DNA from: Petromyzon marinus
Lineage: Eukaryota
Direction of reading: 5' to 3'
Length of the DNA stretch: 64,000 bases
Assembly (NCBI RefSeq): GCF_048934315.1
Contig: NC_133715.1
Location: 11,009,698 to 11,073,697 of the forward strand
This document shows, one piece after another, positions 34,394 to 47,800 of this stretch (position 1 is its first letter; the number at the start of each line of letters is the position of its first letter). The notes beneath the pieces were generated by a model that ran no database searches, had not been told where the DNA came from, and saw only the letters and a program-made list of their open reading frames with translations. Both the position numbers and the translations under genes were made by a program.

Positions 34394-36729
34394 AGTTTTG
34401 AGCCGCTCAACTGCATCCAAAGACGTACGAGAGGCTCAGCCAGGGCTTGGCTCATTCTCAGCGCATGCGAATCCTAAGCGTGGCTAGGGCCATGCTGGCT
34501 CAGAGCCGGCTCAAGTTAAGCATGACTTTGAGCCAGCTCACTTGAGCCACAGTCAAGCTGGAGCCGAGCCGTGACTGACAAAACGGGCCTAAGACTAAGA
34601 ATCCTACTCTTACATAAATATCTAAGGTGGACCTGGATGTAGATTATGATATAAAGAGGCAAGTGGGAGCAGGTTAGAGTGCTATCGGAAAATTTAATGT
34701 CATCATGAAAAGCAGCATACAACTGTGCCTGAATAAAACATTTTGATCAACGTGTGTTAGCTGCTATGACGTGGTTTTGAAACATGGATCGTGACAAACA
34801 GAGTGGAACAAACATTTTAAGCGCACAAAGAAGCACGGATAGATGGATGCTGGGAATGACACTGTGATCAGAGAACAAACTCAGATACATGATATTAGCT
34901 GCGCAAAGTCACATGGCTATGATGGCTGCTAGTCCAAGACTTGGTGATGGAATGGCAGATGGAGTGAATATATCAGCCCAGCGAGGTTGTATCGCAAGCC
35001 CATGAGGGATGGTGGCGATGTGGGGAGTCCTCCATCATGGCTGTTGACGATAATGGTATCAACGATGGTAATGATAAAAATATCAAGTAAATAATATGTC
35101 CTTATGATGCAGGAGGAAACATTTGAAGGAGACATTTTATACAGGGGATTATCGAATACTGTACAGTATATTTATTTATTTAACGATTCCCACACAGAGC
35201 CAACGTTTCTACAAAATAGATGTGGCGGGTTCTGTTCATCTTAACACCAGGCGTTACTTTTCGCCACAGAGGCTTAAGAAAAAAATTCCTGGCAGCTTGG
35301 CTGCTCGGCAGTGACATTAAAGAGCTCAATTTGTGAACCCCATCTGTGAACTCCACGAACATTCCTCATCCCTCCATGCCTCCCTCCCCGAGAAGAATTA
35401 ACGTGGCTACGGGGTGAACATGCGAAATCCAAATATACAACAGGCATCGTCAGGGTCAAACCCACGACCCCCTTCTGAGGTCACCGATTTGATGACCTCA
35501 TAATATTCTGGGGGGGGGACAGAAATAGGACGCCCTTCACACCAACATTTAACAGCTAAGAATGAGTGACTAAGCGTCTGACTGCTTTCGACTAAGAGCA
35601 TAAGTAACTGTCGATAAAATCCTCAAACTAAGATGTGACTGAAATTGCACAGGCTGTCCTCGACTAGACTAAGAGCACGACCGCAACATTGCTGGCTGAA
35701 TGAACTCTGCTGTAGATGTACTGACACGGTGCTCGAAATAGCTTCGTTGGTTGGATACTGGAACAGTGTGCCAGACAGCACAATAATCATTTACAATATT
35801 TTACGTTTCATAAAATGTTTTTGTAATTGTTATTCTTCTGAGTAGTGTATTATCTTTCTTAATTTGTGCGTTCTTAAATATATGCAATTGAGCGTTGTGT
35901 AGTGATACATTACAAAAATATATCTAAGTCTGTGCTCTCCGGTTGCATGAGTGAAAAATGGGCAACGTCTTTGCCCAATCGTGGCCCAGCTGACTCACAA
36001 CGTGATCAGCGAGACGTCGACACTGTGGCCACAAACAGACCAATAGCCGGTCGATGCATCACCGGCTCTTGGGCAGGGGTCACAACTTGCTGAACCTAAA
36101 ATAAATACAGATGAAGAATCTTTCACAAAAACTCAATCTCATTTGGTGAATGCTTGACTTTAAAAAAAGGTAAATTATTGACCATTTAATTAACACAACT
36201 CTGTGGATTGAGCAAGGTGAGTGTTAATGACACAGCAGCAGACGCTCTGAGGACGATGGTATATTTGGCAGATGGGTCGGCTCATGGTTAATTCACTCTG
36301 CACTAAGTCGACAATTCGATTGCTGCTTCTGCTGCTGCCACCCGCTGATTTATGTAAGTTTAAAAAAAAAGTTAGTCCGGGCTGGCTGTCTCGTGGTGCT
36401 AATGGATTGAATAATGCGTTCGAGCAATCAGCTCGTGGTGCTAATGGATTGAATAATGCGTTCGAGCAATCAGCAATCAACTGGCACTGCTAATCGACAT
36501 CCTGGCTTTCAACCCAGGCGGTCCACCCATGATGAAAATGAGTTTATGATCTCACCAATGTACATATATTAAAGTAGGGTGGGCTAAGAGGCCTACGTGA
36601 GGCAGAAGGCCTTTTTGTCCTGCTGCTCACACGTGGCTCGTCTGCTGAGCTGCAAAAACTCGTAGCGGGTGCCACTCTCGAACAGGGCAACCTGCACCTC
36701 AAACTGATGATGGCTCATGACATCATTTT

Positions 36730-36950
36730 TTCCATAATAGAGTTTTTTTGGGTTAGATCGCGTAAATATGTGTGTCACCACCCGACACAGCCAACTAGTA
36801 AGGGTTGTCACGTAAACAGAACATGCCAATTCGTCACTAGTACAGCACACCGGTGTGTTGGAGAGCCAAGTCACAACATTTACAATCTGAGTACGACGTT
36901 TCGCCAGTAATTACAACTAGCTTCATCAGGCTGTCGCCGAATGACGCGTG
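36730..36950. repeat. PLE terminal-repeat family 2 copy
   Basis: ttgggttagatcgcgtaaatatg...cccgacacagccaactagtaagggttgtcacgtaaacag...caccggtgtgttggagagccaagtcacaacatttacaatctgagtacgacgtttcgccag. Other copies at 57180-57405, 38722-38880, 63890-64000 and the 19020-19400 palindrome. Confidence 0.7.
36889..36940 (-). ncRNA. Hammerhead ribozyme core of family-2 repeat
   Basis: Minus strand reads agcCUGAUGA-aGCUAGUuguaauuACUGGC-GAAAC-GUCguacuc. Stem II is 6 bp with one G:U. The equivalent site in the 57180-57405 copy has lost CUG (aaagauga). Confidence 0.5.
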
Positions 36951-38617
36951 TTAAACTGACAATTTATGTCAGCATCGGGAGAAAACAGCTATTTCACCTC
37001 ACATTGGCCTCACAACCCAACTCTACAGTTTATTTTTGTCAATGCACTGCTGGATGAGGGCTTCCCCATGCCTTGTGGGCCATGATGGATATATTGGCCA
37101 TACTTCACTACACATGGTGGTCACACATTTAACCACTCTTCAGGCTAACTACCATGCTTAGCTCCTCAGATCTGATGAGGTCGGCACTTTACGGCAAATT
37201 GGTTATAAGCTCACCAATGATTGCACAATAAATCTCACGATACAAAACTTCGTTTTTCACTTAATTCAGATACTGTCGTGGAGTAATTGCTAGTACAGTG
37301 GACTGACAATCGAGACGTTAATCGGTTAAATTCGATCTTCTGGCTCGACAGTTGAAACAATGGTCAAGGATGTTTAAATTATTCCGCTTCTTGATCTCCC
37401 AGCAGCGTATATGTGGACACCACAGCTAGTAGATCGGCTAAAGAGTGCCTCCTGCCACTTGTTTCAAGACGTCTGGCCCGCGTGTAAAATTAGGTCAAAA
37501 TATCCTCCAAAGGGGCTCTGTAGAGATCCATCGAGTGGAGGCCCTTCCGTCAACAGTGGCCCAAATAAACCATTTCAGGCCTGCACATTCACCTATACCT
37601 TGTAGACAATGGTAAGCAAATGCTCCAATTCGTACAAATCCTGCTGTGTTCCTCATGCTGGTTGCAAAGTGCTGGCCGTAAACATAAGAGACCTGAATCT
37701 TGACTTAAAACTTTTGTGACTGCAGGAATTCATATTCTTTGGGTCTTTCGGTAAAGTCACGTAGATAGGTTCCAAGAAAATAACAAGAAACTACGACGTT
37801 TTTGTTATTTTTTTTGAACCTATCTACGTGACTTTACCGAAAGACCCAAATAATATAAGAGACCTGTATACGATTATCAGATGAAAACGGCAACAGTCAT
37901 TCATGCACAGCTAAGCGCTTGACAACTTTCCATCCACTGTGTATTGAGCTCAACACTGCCCACACCAAGCTCAAAATGTGATGACATTCCTGTCGCCGAC
38001 GAGAATAGCCGTACAGCTCACGTGAATAATTCAGCCCTGGCCCGGTCGCGCTGACCTTTTTTGTGATTAAAAATGCAACGGTGAAACGAGCGGCGTGGAA
38101 ATTAGCGAGTCTCTCCGCGTCCACTTACGGCAAACAGCACCCGGGAGGTGGTTAATGAACGGGGCAGCGGTGAGAACTTGGGATGGCAGCAACAAACGCG
38201 GAACCGTTGTCAATGATACCGCTGTGGCGATACTTAAAGATAATGTCCCATGAGTCAAACTGGCGAGGTGAATTTGGCTGTTGCCCGGTACAGAGCACGA
38301 GCGACACAAAGAGAAGGGGGCACAGCAAATCCGCGGGCAGAATCCCGAAACGCGGTGCTCACACGGGTTGCCGAGAAAGGTAGAGAAATGGGCTCGCCAC
38401 CCCATGAGTCAGGGACTGCGAGCGGGGGCGTGGATGTTTTGTTTACAAGGGGAAGCGAAGGCAAGGAAAGAGGAGCAGAAGTGAGGGGAGGGGGAATGTG
38501 GGGAGTGAGGGGGGGGTGTCCAAAAACAACAAGGTCTGTGAGTAAAATCACAATTTAAGGTCTATGAGATCAAGTAGCCGACACGCACGCAGTGAAGTTT
38601 GCATCGACACGAAGGGG

Positions 38618-38721
38618 CGCCGAGGTGGCGAGATGTTAACGACCTCGCCTGGCAGTCAGGAGGTTGTGAGTTTGATCCCGAACCTGACGCATGATCTATA
38701 ATTGGAGTTTGCGTGTCGCTC
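38618..38721 (+). mobile_element. SINE-A head, truncated at its junction with a family-2 PLE repeat
   Basis: ggcgagatgttaacgacctcgcctggcagtcaggaggttgtgagtttgatcccgaacctgacgc...ggagtttgcgtgtcgctc, then ttgggttagatcgtgtcgttaaaccc (family 2) begins at ~38722. Confidence 0.55.
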
Positions 38722-38869
38722 TTGGGTTAGATCGTGTCGTTAAACCCACCACAGCCAATTATTGAGGTTTGTCACGTTAACAAAACGTACCAATTATCTT
38801 CTACTCCAACACAGCGGTGTGTTGGAGAGCAAACCCCCAAATTTACTTTACGAGCACCGTGGCGTTTCG

Positions 38870-38990
38870 CTGGGGTGGGGCGGTGGGGAGTGGGGGGGGG
38901 GACTGGGGGGGGGGGCTCGGGAGGGGGACTGGGTGGGGGGGGCTCGGGAGGGGGCCCAGCTTCCCCAGCTTCCCCAGCTTTCCCCAACGC
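38870..38990. repeat. G-run tract (G-quadruplex-prone) followed by (CCCCAGCTT)3 C-rich repeats
   Basis: ggggcggtggggagtggggggggggactggggggggggg...gggtggggggggctcgggagggggcccagcttccccagcttccccagctttcccc. Confidence 0.85.
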
Positions 38991-41900
38991 TCCGGGTCGT
39001 GCTGAATGTCCCCGCAGTTTGCTGAAACATGATAACGAGCATTGTTAAGTAATTATCGGCAACAAGATAGATGTTGCACTTATAGCACTGATGTGGGGTT
39101 TTATTTTCAATATGACTGGTCACAACACTGTAGTATCTCTGAATAATGCATATGTTTTCTCCATAATAAATGACTACGCTATATATGTGTGTGTATATAT
39201 AGACCATAATGCATCATGAATTGCTCATTAAAGCACAAGGGACTCGAGCGGTGGCGCAATGGTTAGCACATGGCATTGTGAACCGGGCTACGGCTAACAT
39301 CTGAACCGGCTCTGGTCTTACCCACCCCAGCTAACCCTTAGTCAACCTGCGCTGGATGCAATGAATGTTTACTCTCAAGTAGACTGCACGTGGAGTTTGG
39401 CGTCTAGTTAAAGACAGCTAGAATTAGCTAATTGCAAAAACGACAACGTATATAACCCATGACGTCAGTCGTGGCTGTTAAAGAAACAAAATTCATTTTG
39501 ACGTAAAGCTTTCGTGACTGCAGGTAGTCATACTCTTTGGGTCTTTCGGTTAAAGTCACTTTACCAAAAGACCCAAAGAGTATAAAAAAAAATAATTTTG
39601 CAAAACACAAAGTTCCTTCACTGACATCAATACGTCTTTCGTACCACAAGCCATGTTGTGTTATAGCTATTATTCGAAATCAAGCGAGCCAGGGAACATA
39701 CAAACGTTGGTCAAACGCGTGTAAACATCGCTGGTATTCGTTTGGAAACGTTGCACTAACGTTGGCTAAAGTTCCATGCTTACTGGGGTGGTGGCGTAGC
39801 TATTGAGTGTGCAGGAGGTGCAACTGCGTCAGGGTCCAATGGGATGGAGGGGCCCAAGTTCTGGGCTACTATGAGGGGGGTTGGGCGAACGTTGGGCGTA
39901 CGTTGGACAAAATGCCCCATTTAATTCGTGGCACCAGGGCCCAAGTCAACCTCGCACCTCCGATGATGACGGTTGGTTACGTACGGTGCGAAAGAAGTTC
40001 AACACACTGTGCATACATACTGTGCCGCTGAATCCGGCGAATGCTGTTGCTTGCTATTTTCAGAAGTCAACGTTTGCCAGTTCATGAGCAAATGTGTCCA
40101 GGCCTCGGTTGTATCCAATGCCAAGTTAGGGTCAAAGACTACAAGATTAAAACGGCGGGAGAATAAATGGCTTCATAATGAAGTGAGCCAATGCGAGAGA
40201 GAAGATGATATATTGTTTTGAAAACACTTTGCCAAAAGCCATGCCAATTTGAATGTTAATATGCACCACCTATTATATGCCACATTAATACTCCTCACCA
40301 TAACGACTTGTAACATATCGCTATTACAAAATATGAATTTTCTATCTAGCCCTAAATCATTTGTAACGTGCTAATTGTTTACAATTTGTTGGTATGTTTT
40401 TATTTATGTATAATTGCGCTAATCCATTATTTGAATTAATTCTTTGGTTTGTATTTCTTAATCTACAATGTTATTTGTGGGCTTCATAAAAGCTCTGGGT
40501 GAATTCAAAATCTCCACTCGTCTGCATGAATGGTAATTTACGGTATAACCCTTGCTTCAGTACATATTACAACATAAATTTTACAGATTTGTATATCTAC
40601 ACATTTAAACATCTTGGGTGAAACAACGTCATATCATCATAAGCCATCATTAATCCACTGCTGGATGAAGGCCTCCCTCCCCAAGTTGTCACAATCGTTC
40701 ACGATCCTGTGATGTAATAGCATCAATTAATTGATTCATATTGGCAATCAGGTTTATGATACATGCATTATGTTGTGTGCGTAAAAAGCTACTTTTTTTT
40801 CTTCCAACTTGCATGTTCTATATTAAGGGTCAATGACAGCCACTAGAGGCGCTACCATTCACCACAGCGCTATAAATCGAATTCTTGGTGACAATTGTGA
40901 CACATTTTACAAAATATTTAAAAACTAAAAACATTAACGAAGTTTAAAAAGAAGCTGTTTACCCAGTTGTGAGTTGATAATGGCATAATACCCTGGAATG
41001 TAACACACCACAATACTCCACAATGTAACTGCCTTGGCCACACATCTCAGAGCCGGTACAGAATAAATAGTACAGCTCTTTGTCAATACAATGCCAGACA
41101 AGTTTCAGTCACGGTCAGTGCGGGTTGGTGTAAATAAGAAACAACAGAGTACTCGTAGTGATGTTTCTCCAACCAGGCAACTATATTACACCTCTAAGAA
41201 ATGTTCTCGGATTGTGCCATGTCCCACATTTCACTCCACGTGCTGGGCGCTTCTTCAAACAATTGTCATAAGAAGCTCACGGCACGTGGAGCGAAACGTC
41301 GTACGTACATCGTGCAGAACAACGCGCGTTAACAACCCCATAGACACATCAGAGAGCTGCACAGCACGGCCGCGAAAAACCCCACACCGATGCAGAAAAT
41401 CATTTTTTCTGAGTTGTCCCAAACCATTTTCTAACAACGACCACCACCATCGACCGTCGACATCGTCACGCACCGCCGATTGAAGCTCGTCGCACGACTC
41501 ACAAAAGCGTTCTGACTCTCACACAAAGCGAACGCGATAAGCGTGTTCTCCGGAGGGGCAAGGAAGCGCAGTTCACACAGGACAGTGTGCACGTGGATAA
41601 TAAGAGGGGTTGGGGATTGAACGGTCAGTGGATGTAATTTATCATTGTCTTGGCGGGGTTAATTTAAACAGCCAACTTTCCCTTATACCCCAAGCACATA
41701 GATGATACTCGCCAGCAAAGATCGCCGAGAATGAAAGTGAAGGCTTGCCGACATAGATAGTGAATTTGTAAAGGTAATTTACAATCCACGTAACAGTATA
41801 GTTTTGCGATGTAATGATACACCAACATCGCATTGTTCTGCACATTTTCAATAAAGATTGTTGAAACTTGATCTATCTAAAATGCACTGATTTGTGCTAA

Positions 41901-41994
41901 GGTATGAATACGATAATGAAGATGATGGATTTATTCATTAATTGGTGAAGCGTGAACTACTTGAGACGTCATTTTTTAAACTAAATTATAAATA

Positions 41995-42245
41995 TTCCTG
42001 GGTCTTTCTGTGAAAATAAAATAATGAATAACAAAAAAACTACGACGTTTCGATCGCAACATAAGCGGTCGTCTTCACTTTTCCTGAAGACGACCGCTTT
42101 GTGTTGCGATCGAAACGTCGTAGTGTTTTGTTATTTTTTTGTTATTTTCTTTGAACCTATCTACGTGACTTTACCGAAAGACCCAAGAATGTGAATTCCT
42201 GCAGTCACGAAAGCTTTAAGTCAAGATTTAAATTATAAATGTTCG
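41995..42245. repeat. Hairpin (inverted dimer) of PLE terminal-repeat family 1
   Basis: 42000-42080 is the reverse complement of 42085-42185. Terminal box cccaagaatgtgaattcctgcagtcacgaaagctttaagtcaagatttaa is shared with 11085-11141. Confidence 0.8.
42080..42125 (+). ncRNA. Minimal hammerhead ribozyme core
   Basis: CUGAAGA(42084-42090)-CGACCGCuuuguguuGCGAUCG-GAAAC-GUC(42117-42119). The opposite arm has GUGAAGA, i.e. C3 lost, presumably inactive. Confidence 0.5.
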
Positions 42246-42289
42246 TTCCTATTTGCTTGATTACACGTTTGCATACATAGACAGTGATC

Positions 42290-42480
42290 CATTCACTGCA
42301 ATCTGCACCCTACCTGAGTTCGATTCCCACATCCCCCATCAGCGTCGAGTGATGTCTCAATTAGGCCCTGGGACCCCCATTCCTCTGCCAAAGCGATATG
42401 ACCAGCATGGTGAAGTATGGTCAAACAATCACCATAAACACCACCGTGTGAGGAAGCCTTCGTCCTGCTAGTGGATTGAC
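42290..42480 (+). mobile_element. SINE-B family copy
   Basis: ...gagttcgattcccacatcc...catggtgaagtatggtcaaacaatcacc...ggaagccttcgtcctgctagtggattgac. Confidence 0.55.
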
Positions 42481-43151
42481 ATAAGTGCTGCAAATTATAA
42501 TTTTATTAAAATGATTATTCGCAATAGTGTGATGAGACGTTGTATACTTTTCAGCGGGGCTTAATTGGAGGCGGTGTCCGCAGCGACATCCTGGACAATA
42601 TTTCCCCGCCCGGCACACCACATCCAGTATACATCTCGGTATTGCTGTGGCTACCGGTCATGTGCCACCTGCCCCAGTCATCGAGACGGTTAAACGCATG
42701 CTCGGGTTTAGAATACAACCGCTGTGATTTAAAAAAAAAACGGCTGATGCATACTCGGAAGGACAGAGCAATACTTTATGTTTGAAGGCTCGTGACCTCC
42801 CAGCCAGCCCGCAGCAGCAAGAGAGAATTCTGCAGCGGATCACGCCTCATTTAACAAACGTCAGCCCTGAAGCTTCATTCCCTTAGCAGGAGACCACAGT
42901 CCCCATGATGAGCAATCCCGATGCTTCAGGCATAGCGTAACCCGCCAAGGTGGTAAGACTTCCTACCGAACAATACATTCAGTTCTCTTTCGTAAAAAAG
43001 TTAGTACTTTAATGAATTAGTTTTTACTCAGTAGAGAATGCGTTTTTCTTTTCTTTTCCTTGATGTTTTATGCTCACGCACCAAAGGACAGCAAAGTGGA
43101 GGATGGGTGACTCATTGGACGCCAAATAGAAGTGGAACGCGTCCCAGAAGG

Positions 43152-43430
43152 AGCCACGGCGGCTAGGAGATGTTAACTCCCTCGCCTGCTATGCAGGAGG
43201 GCGTGGGTTCGATCCCGACCCCGACGCCTGTATATTTGGAGTTTGCATGTTCTCCCCGTGGTCATGTTGATTTTCTCCGGGTCCTCCGGTTTTTCCCCTC
43301 CACATTTAGAAACACGCGTTTAGAGTATTTGTCTGCTTTCAATTTCCACATGATAAGCCATATCATGTGTGGCCAGGTCGCTTCTGACAAAGAGCTATAC
43401 AGCTCAGTGGGCCTTGGTAAAATAAAATAA
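43152..43430 (+). mobile_element. SINE-A: tRNA-derived SINE with a Deu-domain-like core
   Basis: Head ...gatgttaactccctcgcctgctatgcaggagggcgtgggttcgatcccgaccccgacgcc (A/B boxes). Core ggagtttgcatgttctccccgtgg...ttttctccgggtcctccggtttttcccctccacatttagaaacacgcg resembles the conserved Deu-domain of deuterostome SINEs. Tail ...cttggtaaaataaaataa. Full copies also at 61686-61950 (+) and 54224-54500 (-). Confidence 0.65.
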
Positions 43431-44214
43431 TGTAAAATTTATAGGTGGTAGCTACCTTGGCGACCCACTTTCTTCGCTGCAGTTGGAAGGCATACGTGAG
43501 CGTGACGGTATTGAATGCAGGCCTCAATTTATCACTCGATGTTTTTTTTACAACTTGCCAGGAGACCGACCGAAGTGAACTCTTCACCAGTAGCCACGGA
43601 CATGGCGCGAGGTTGTGGTGGGTTTGGAGTGCCCGGTGCTGGGAGTTCAGCCCCAGTTAGACGCCGTCTGTCATTCCCTCGGGGTTCGTCTCAGTTCCCG
43701 GAGCGTCGCATCATCCAGGGGAAATTGTATTGGAGGCAGTTCGATACGAGAATGTTGACATAAAGAGGTGAACAAGAGCATGACAGACTGTCTTCGGAAA
43801 AAAATGAAAAGCAACGTACTAATGTCCCTGAAAAATAATGTATTTCGTTCATTAGCCTGCCGTGACGTGGGTGATAAACATGGACAATGACGAAAGAGGA
43901 GGAAAACGTGAAACATGTACAAAGAAGCATGGGAAGGTACAAGCTCTCAATTACACCAAGGGACGGAAACACGAACACAAGTCATGTAACAAACACATAT
44001 ACAAGAGTTATTATAGTGGGCTTCACCTGGTCAAACAAAATAATTCTAGATGTGAAGCTTTCGTGACTGCAAGGATTCATACTCTTGCAGCATAACAAAG
44101 GCGGCTTAACTTAACCCTCCCCCCACCCACGTCCCTTCCTGGATCCTCCACCCTCCTTAACCTGTATATATAATCTCGGGTGACTCAGAGCTCTTCACTT
44201 GGTACAGCTATTCT

Positions 44215-44340
44215 GCTGTGACTGTTCCACCTGAAGACGGAAGCTTGTGTTGCCTCCGAAACGTCGTGATTTAATTTGGTTGTTTTCATTTATTTAATTT
44301 TACCTACGTGACTTTACCGAAAAAACCAAAGAGTATCAAA
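44215..44340 (+). repeat. PLE terminal-repeat family 1 copy (single arm; a short inverted terminal fragment lies at 44040-44100)
   Basis: ...ccacctgaagacggaagcttgtgttgcctccgaaacgtcgtgatttaat...ctacgtgactttaccgaaaaaaccaaagagtatc. Confidence 0.7.
44226..44272 (+). ncRNA. Minimal hammerhead ribozyme core (one stem-II mismatch)
   Basis: CUGAAGA(44231-44237)-CGGAAGCuuguguuGCCUCCG-GAAAC-GUC(44263-44265). Confidence 0.45.
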
Positions 44341-44896
44341 CAAAATAGTTAGTGTTATTGTTATTTTTAACAGATGTCCCTACCGGACACCCTGCGTAGT
44401 GCAATCAATAGCGCGCCCCTACTGGACATCTGTGGGAAAAAAGAGCTTTATAGCTCATCGGATTCCTCCAGTATAAATACATACTCTGATTCTGAATAGA
44501 AGGCCAAAATAGCCTCTCGCAGAGGCCCTTTCGCCAGCAGTGGCGTGAGCAAGACATTGCAGGGCTGCCCTTTTACCATTAGCAAGGCTACCATCAGATC
44601 GTCACTTCCAATACACATTGTATCGGTGGCATCTCCAGTGCCCAGGGGTCCCGTGTGCTGCGCCAGAAGGCGCCACGCGCAGTGCAATCGACAGCGCGTG
44701 TGGGCTTCCACCGAGCTGCAGTTTTGTGTCGGTCTCGTCCACAACATCCATGTTTTAATTAGACGACCACGAGGCTTGAGCCCCACATCTCAGGGGATGT
44801 GACCTCTGTGTGGGCAGGGGCTCCCACAGCCTCCAGCCAGCACTCATTACAACCAGGGGTACAGCCACTGTGGAAGTTGGTGGTGTGCCGCCACTA

Positions 44897-47800
44897 CTGT
44901 GTGTGTTGTGTGTACTGACTGTGTGAATGTGTGTGTGTTGTGTGTACTGACTGTGTGAATGTGTGTGTGTTGTTGTGTACTGACTGTGTGAATGTGTGTG
45001 TTGTGTGTACTGTGTGAATGTGTGTGTGTTGTGTGTACTGACTGTGTGAATGTGTGTGTGTTGTGTGTACTGACTGTGTGAATGTGTGTGTGTTGTTGTG
45101 TACTGACTGTGTGAATGTGTGTGTGTTGTTGTGTACTGACTGTGTGAATGTGTGTGTTGTGTGTACTGTGTGAATGTGTGTGTTGTGTGTACTGACTGTG
45201 TGAATGTGTGTGTGTTGTGTGTACTGACTGTGTGAATGTGTGTTGTGTGTACTGACTGTGTGAATGTGTGTGTGTTGTGTGTACTGACTGTGTGAATGTG
45301 TGTGTGTTGTTGTGTACTGACTGTGTGAATGTGTGTGTGCTGTGTGTACTGACTGTGTGAATATGTGTGTTGTGTGTACTGACTGTGTGAATGTGTGTTG
45401 TGTGTAATGACTGTGTGAATGTGTGTTGTGTGTACTGACTGTGTGAATGTGTGTGTGTTGTTGTGTACTGACTGTGTGAATGTGTGTGTGCTGTGTGTAC
45501 TGACTGTGTGAATGTGTGTGTGTTGTGTGTACTGACTGTGTGAATGTGTGTGTGCTGTGTGTACTGACTGTGTGAATGTGTGTGTGTGTTGTGTGTACTG
45601 ACTGTGTGAATGTGTGTGTGTTGTTGTGTACTGACTGTGTGAATGTGTGTGTGTTGTGTGTACTGTGTGAATGTGTGCGTGTGTTGTGTGTACTGACTGT
45701 GTGAATGTGTGTGTGTTGTGTGTAATGACTGTGTGAATGTGTGTGTGTGTTGTGTGTACTGTGTGAATGTGTGCGTGTGTTGTGTGTACTGACTGTGTGA
45801 ATGTGTGTGTGTTGTGTGTACTGACTGTGTGAATGTGTGTGTTGTGTGTACTGACTGTGTGAATGTGTGTGCTGTGTGTACTGACTGTGAATGTGTGTGT
45901 GTTGTGTGTACTGACTGTGTGAATGTGTGTGTTGTGTGTACTGACTGTGTGAATGTGTGTGTGCTGTGTGTACTGACTGTGTGAATGTGTGTGTGTGTTG
46001 TGTGTACTGACTGTGTGAATGTGTGCGTGTGTTATGTGTACTGACTGTGTGAATGTGTGTTGTGTGTACTGACTGTGTGAATGTATGTGTGTTGTGTGTA
46101 CTGACTGTGTGAATGTGTGTGTGCTATGTGTACTGATTGTGTGAATATGTGTGTGTTGTGTGTACTGACTGTGTGAATGTGTGTGCTGTGTGTACTGACT
46201 GTGAATGTGTGTGTGTTGTGTGTACTGACTGTGTGAATGTGTGTGTTGTGTGTACTGACTGTGTGAATGTGAATGTGTGTGCTGTGTGTACTGACTGTGA
46301 ATGTGTGTGTGTTGTGTGTACTGACTGTGTGAATGTGTGTGTTGTGTGTACTGACTGTGTGAATGTGAATGTGTGTGCTGTGTGTACTGACTGTGTGAAT
46401 GTGTGTGTGTTGTGTGTACTGACTGTGTGAATGTGTGTGCTGTGTGTACTGACTGTGTGAATGTGAATGTGTGTGCTGTGTGTACTGACTGTGTGAATGT
46501 GTGTGTTGTGTGTACTGACTGTGTGAATGTGTGTGCTGTGTGTACTGACTGTGAATGTGTGTGTTGTGTGTACTGACTGTGTGAATGTGTGTGTTGTGTG
46601 TACTGACTGTGTGAATGTGTGTGTGCTGTGTGTACTGACTGTGTGAATGTGTGTGTGTGTTGTGTGTACTGACTGTGTGAATGTGTGTGTGTGTGTACTG
46701 ACTGTGTGAATGTGTGTTGTGTGTACTGATTGTGTGAATGTATGCTGCGTGTACTGCCTGTGTGTGTGCTGTGTGTACTGACTGTGTGAATGTGTGTGTT
46801 GTGTGTACTGACTGTGTGAATGTGTGTGTGTGCTGTGTGTACTGACTGTGTGAATGTGTGTGTGTTGTGTGTACTGACTGTGTGAATGTGTGTGTGTTGT
46901 GTGTACTGACTGTGTGAATGTGTGTGTGTTGTGTGTACTGACTGTGTGAATGTGTGTGCTGTGTGTACTGACTGTGAATGTGTGTGTGTTGTGTGTACTG
47001 ACTGTGTGAATGTGTGTGTTGTATGTACTGACTGTGTGAATGTGTGTGTGCTGTGTGTACTGACTGTGTGAATGTGTGTGTGTGTGTTGTATGTACTGAC
47101 TGTGTGAATGTGTGCTGTGTGTACTGACTGTGTGTTGTGTGTACTGATTGTGTGAATGTGTGTGTACTGACTGTGTGAATGTGTGTGTGTGTGTTGTGTG
47201 TACTGACTGTGTGAATGTGTGTGTGTTGTGTGTACTGAATGTGTGTGTGTGCTGTGTGTACTGATTGTGTGAATGTGTGTGTGTTGTGTGTACTGACTGT
47301 GTGAATGTGTGTGCTGTGTGTACTGACTGTGAATGTGTGTGTGTTGTGTGTACTGACTGTGTGAATGTGTGTTGTGTGTACTGACTGTGTGAATGTGTGT
47401 GTGCTGTGTGAACTGACTGTGTGAATGTGTGCGTGTGTTGTGTGTATTGACTGTGTTAATGTGTGTTGTGTGTACTGACTGTGTGAATGTTTGTGTGCTA
47501 TGTGTACTGACTGTGTGAATGTGTGTGTGCTGTGTGTACTGATTGTGTGAATGTGTGTGTGCTGTGTGTACTGACTTTGTGAATGTGTGTGTGCTGTGTG
47601 TACTGATTGTGTGAATGTGTGTGTTGTGTGTACTGACTGTGTGTGTGTGCTGTGTGTACTGTGTGACTGTGTGTGTGTGTTGTGTGTACTGACTGTGTGA
47701 ATGTGTGTGTGTGTGTTGTGTGTACTGACTGTGTGAATGTGTGTTGTGTGTACTGACTGTGTGAATGTGTGTGTGTTGTGTGTACTGACTGTGTGAATGT

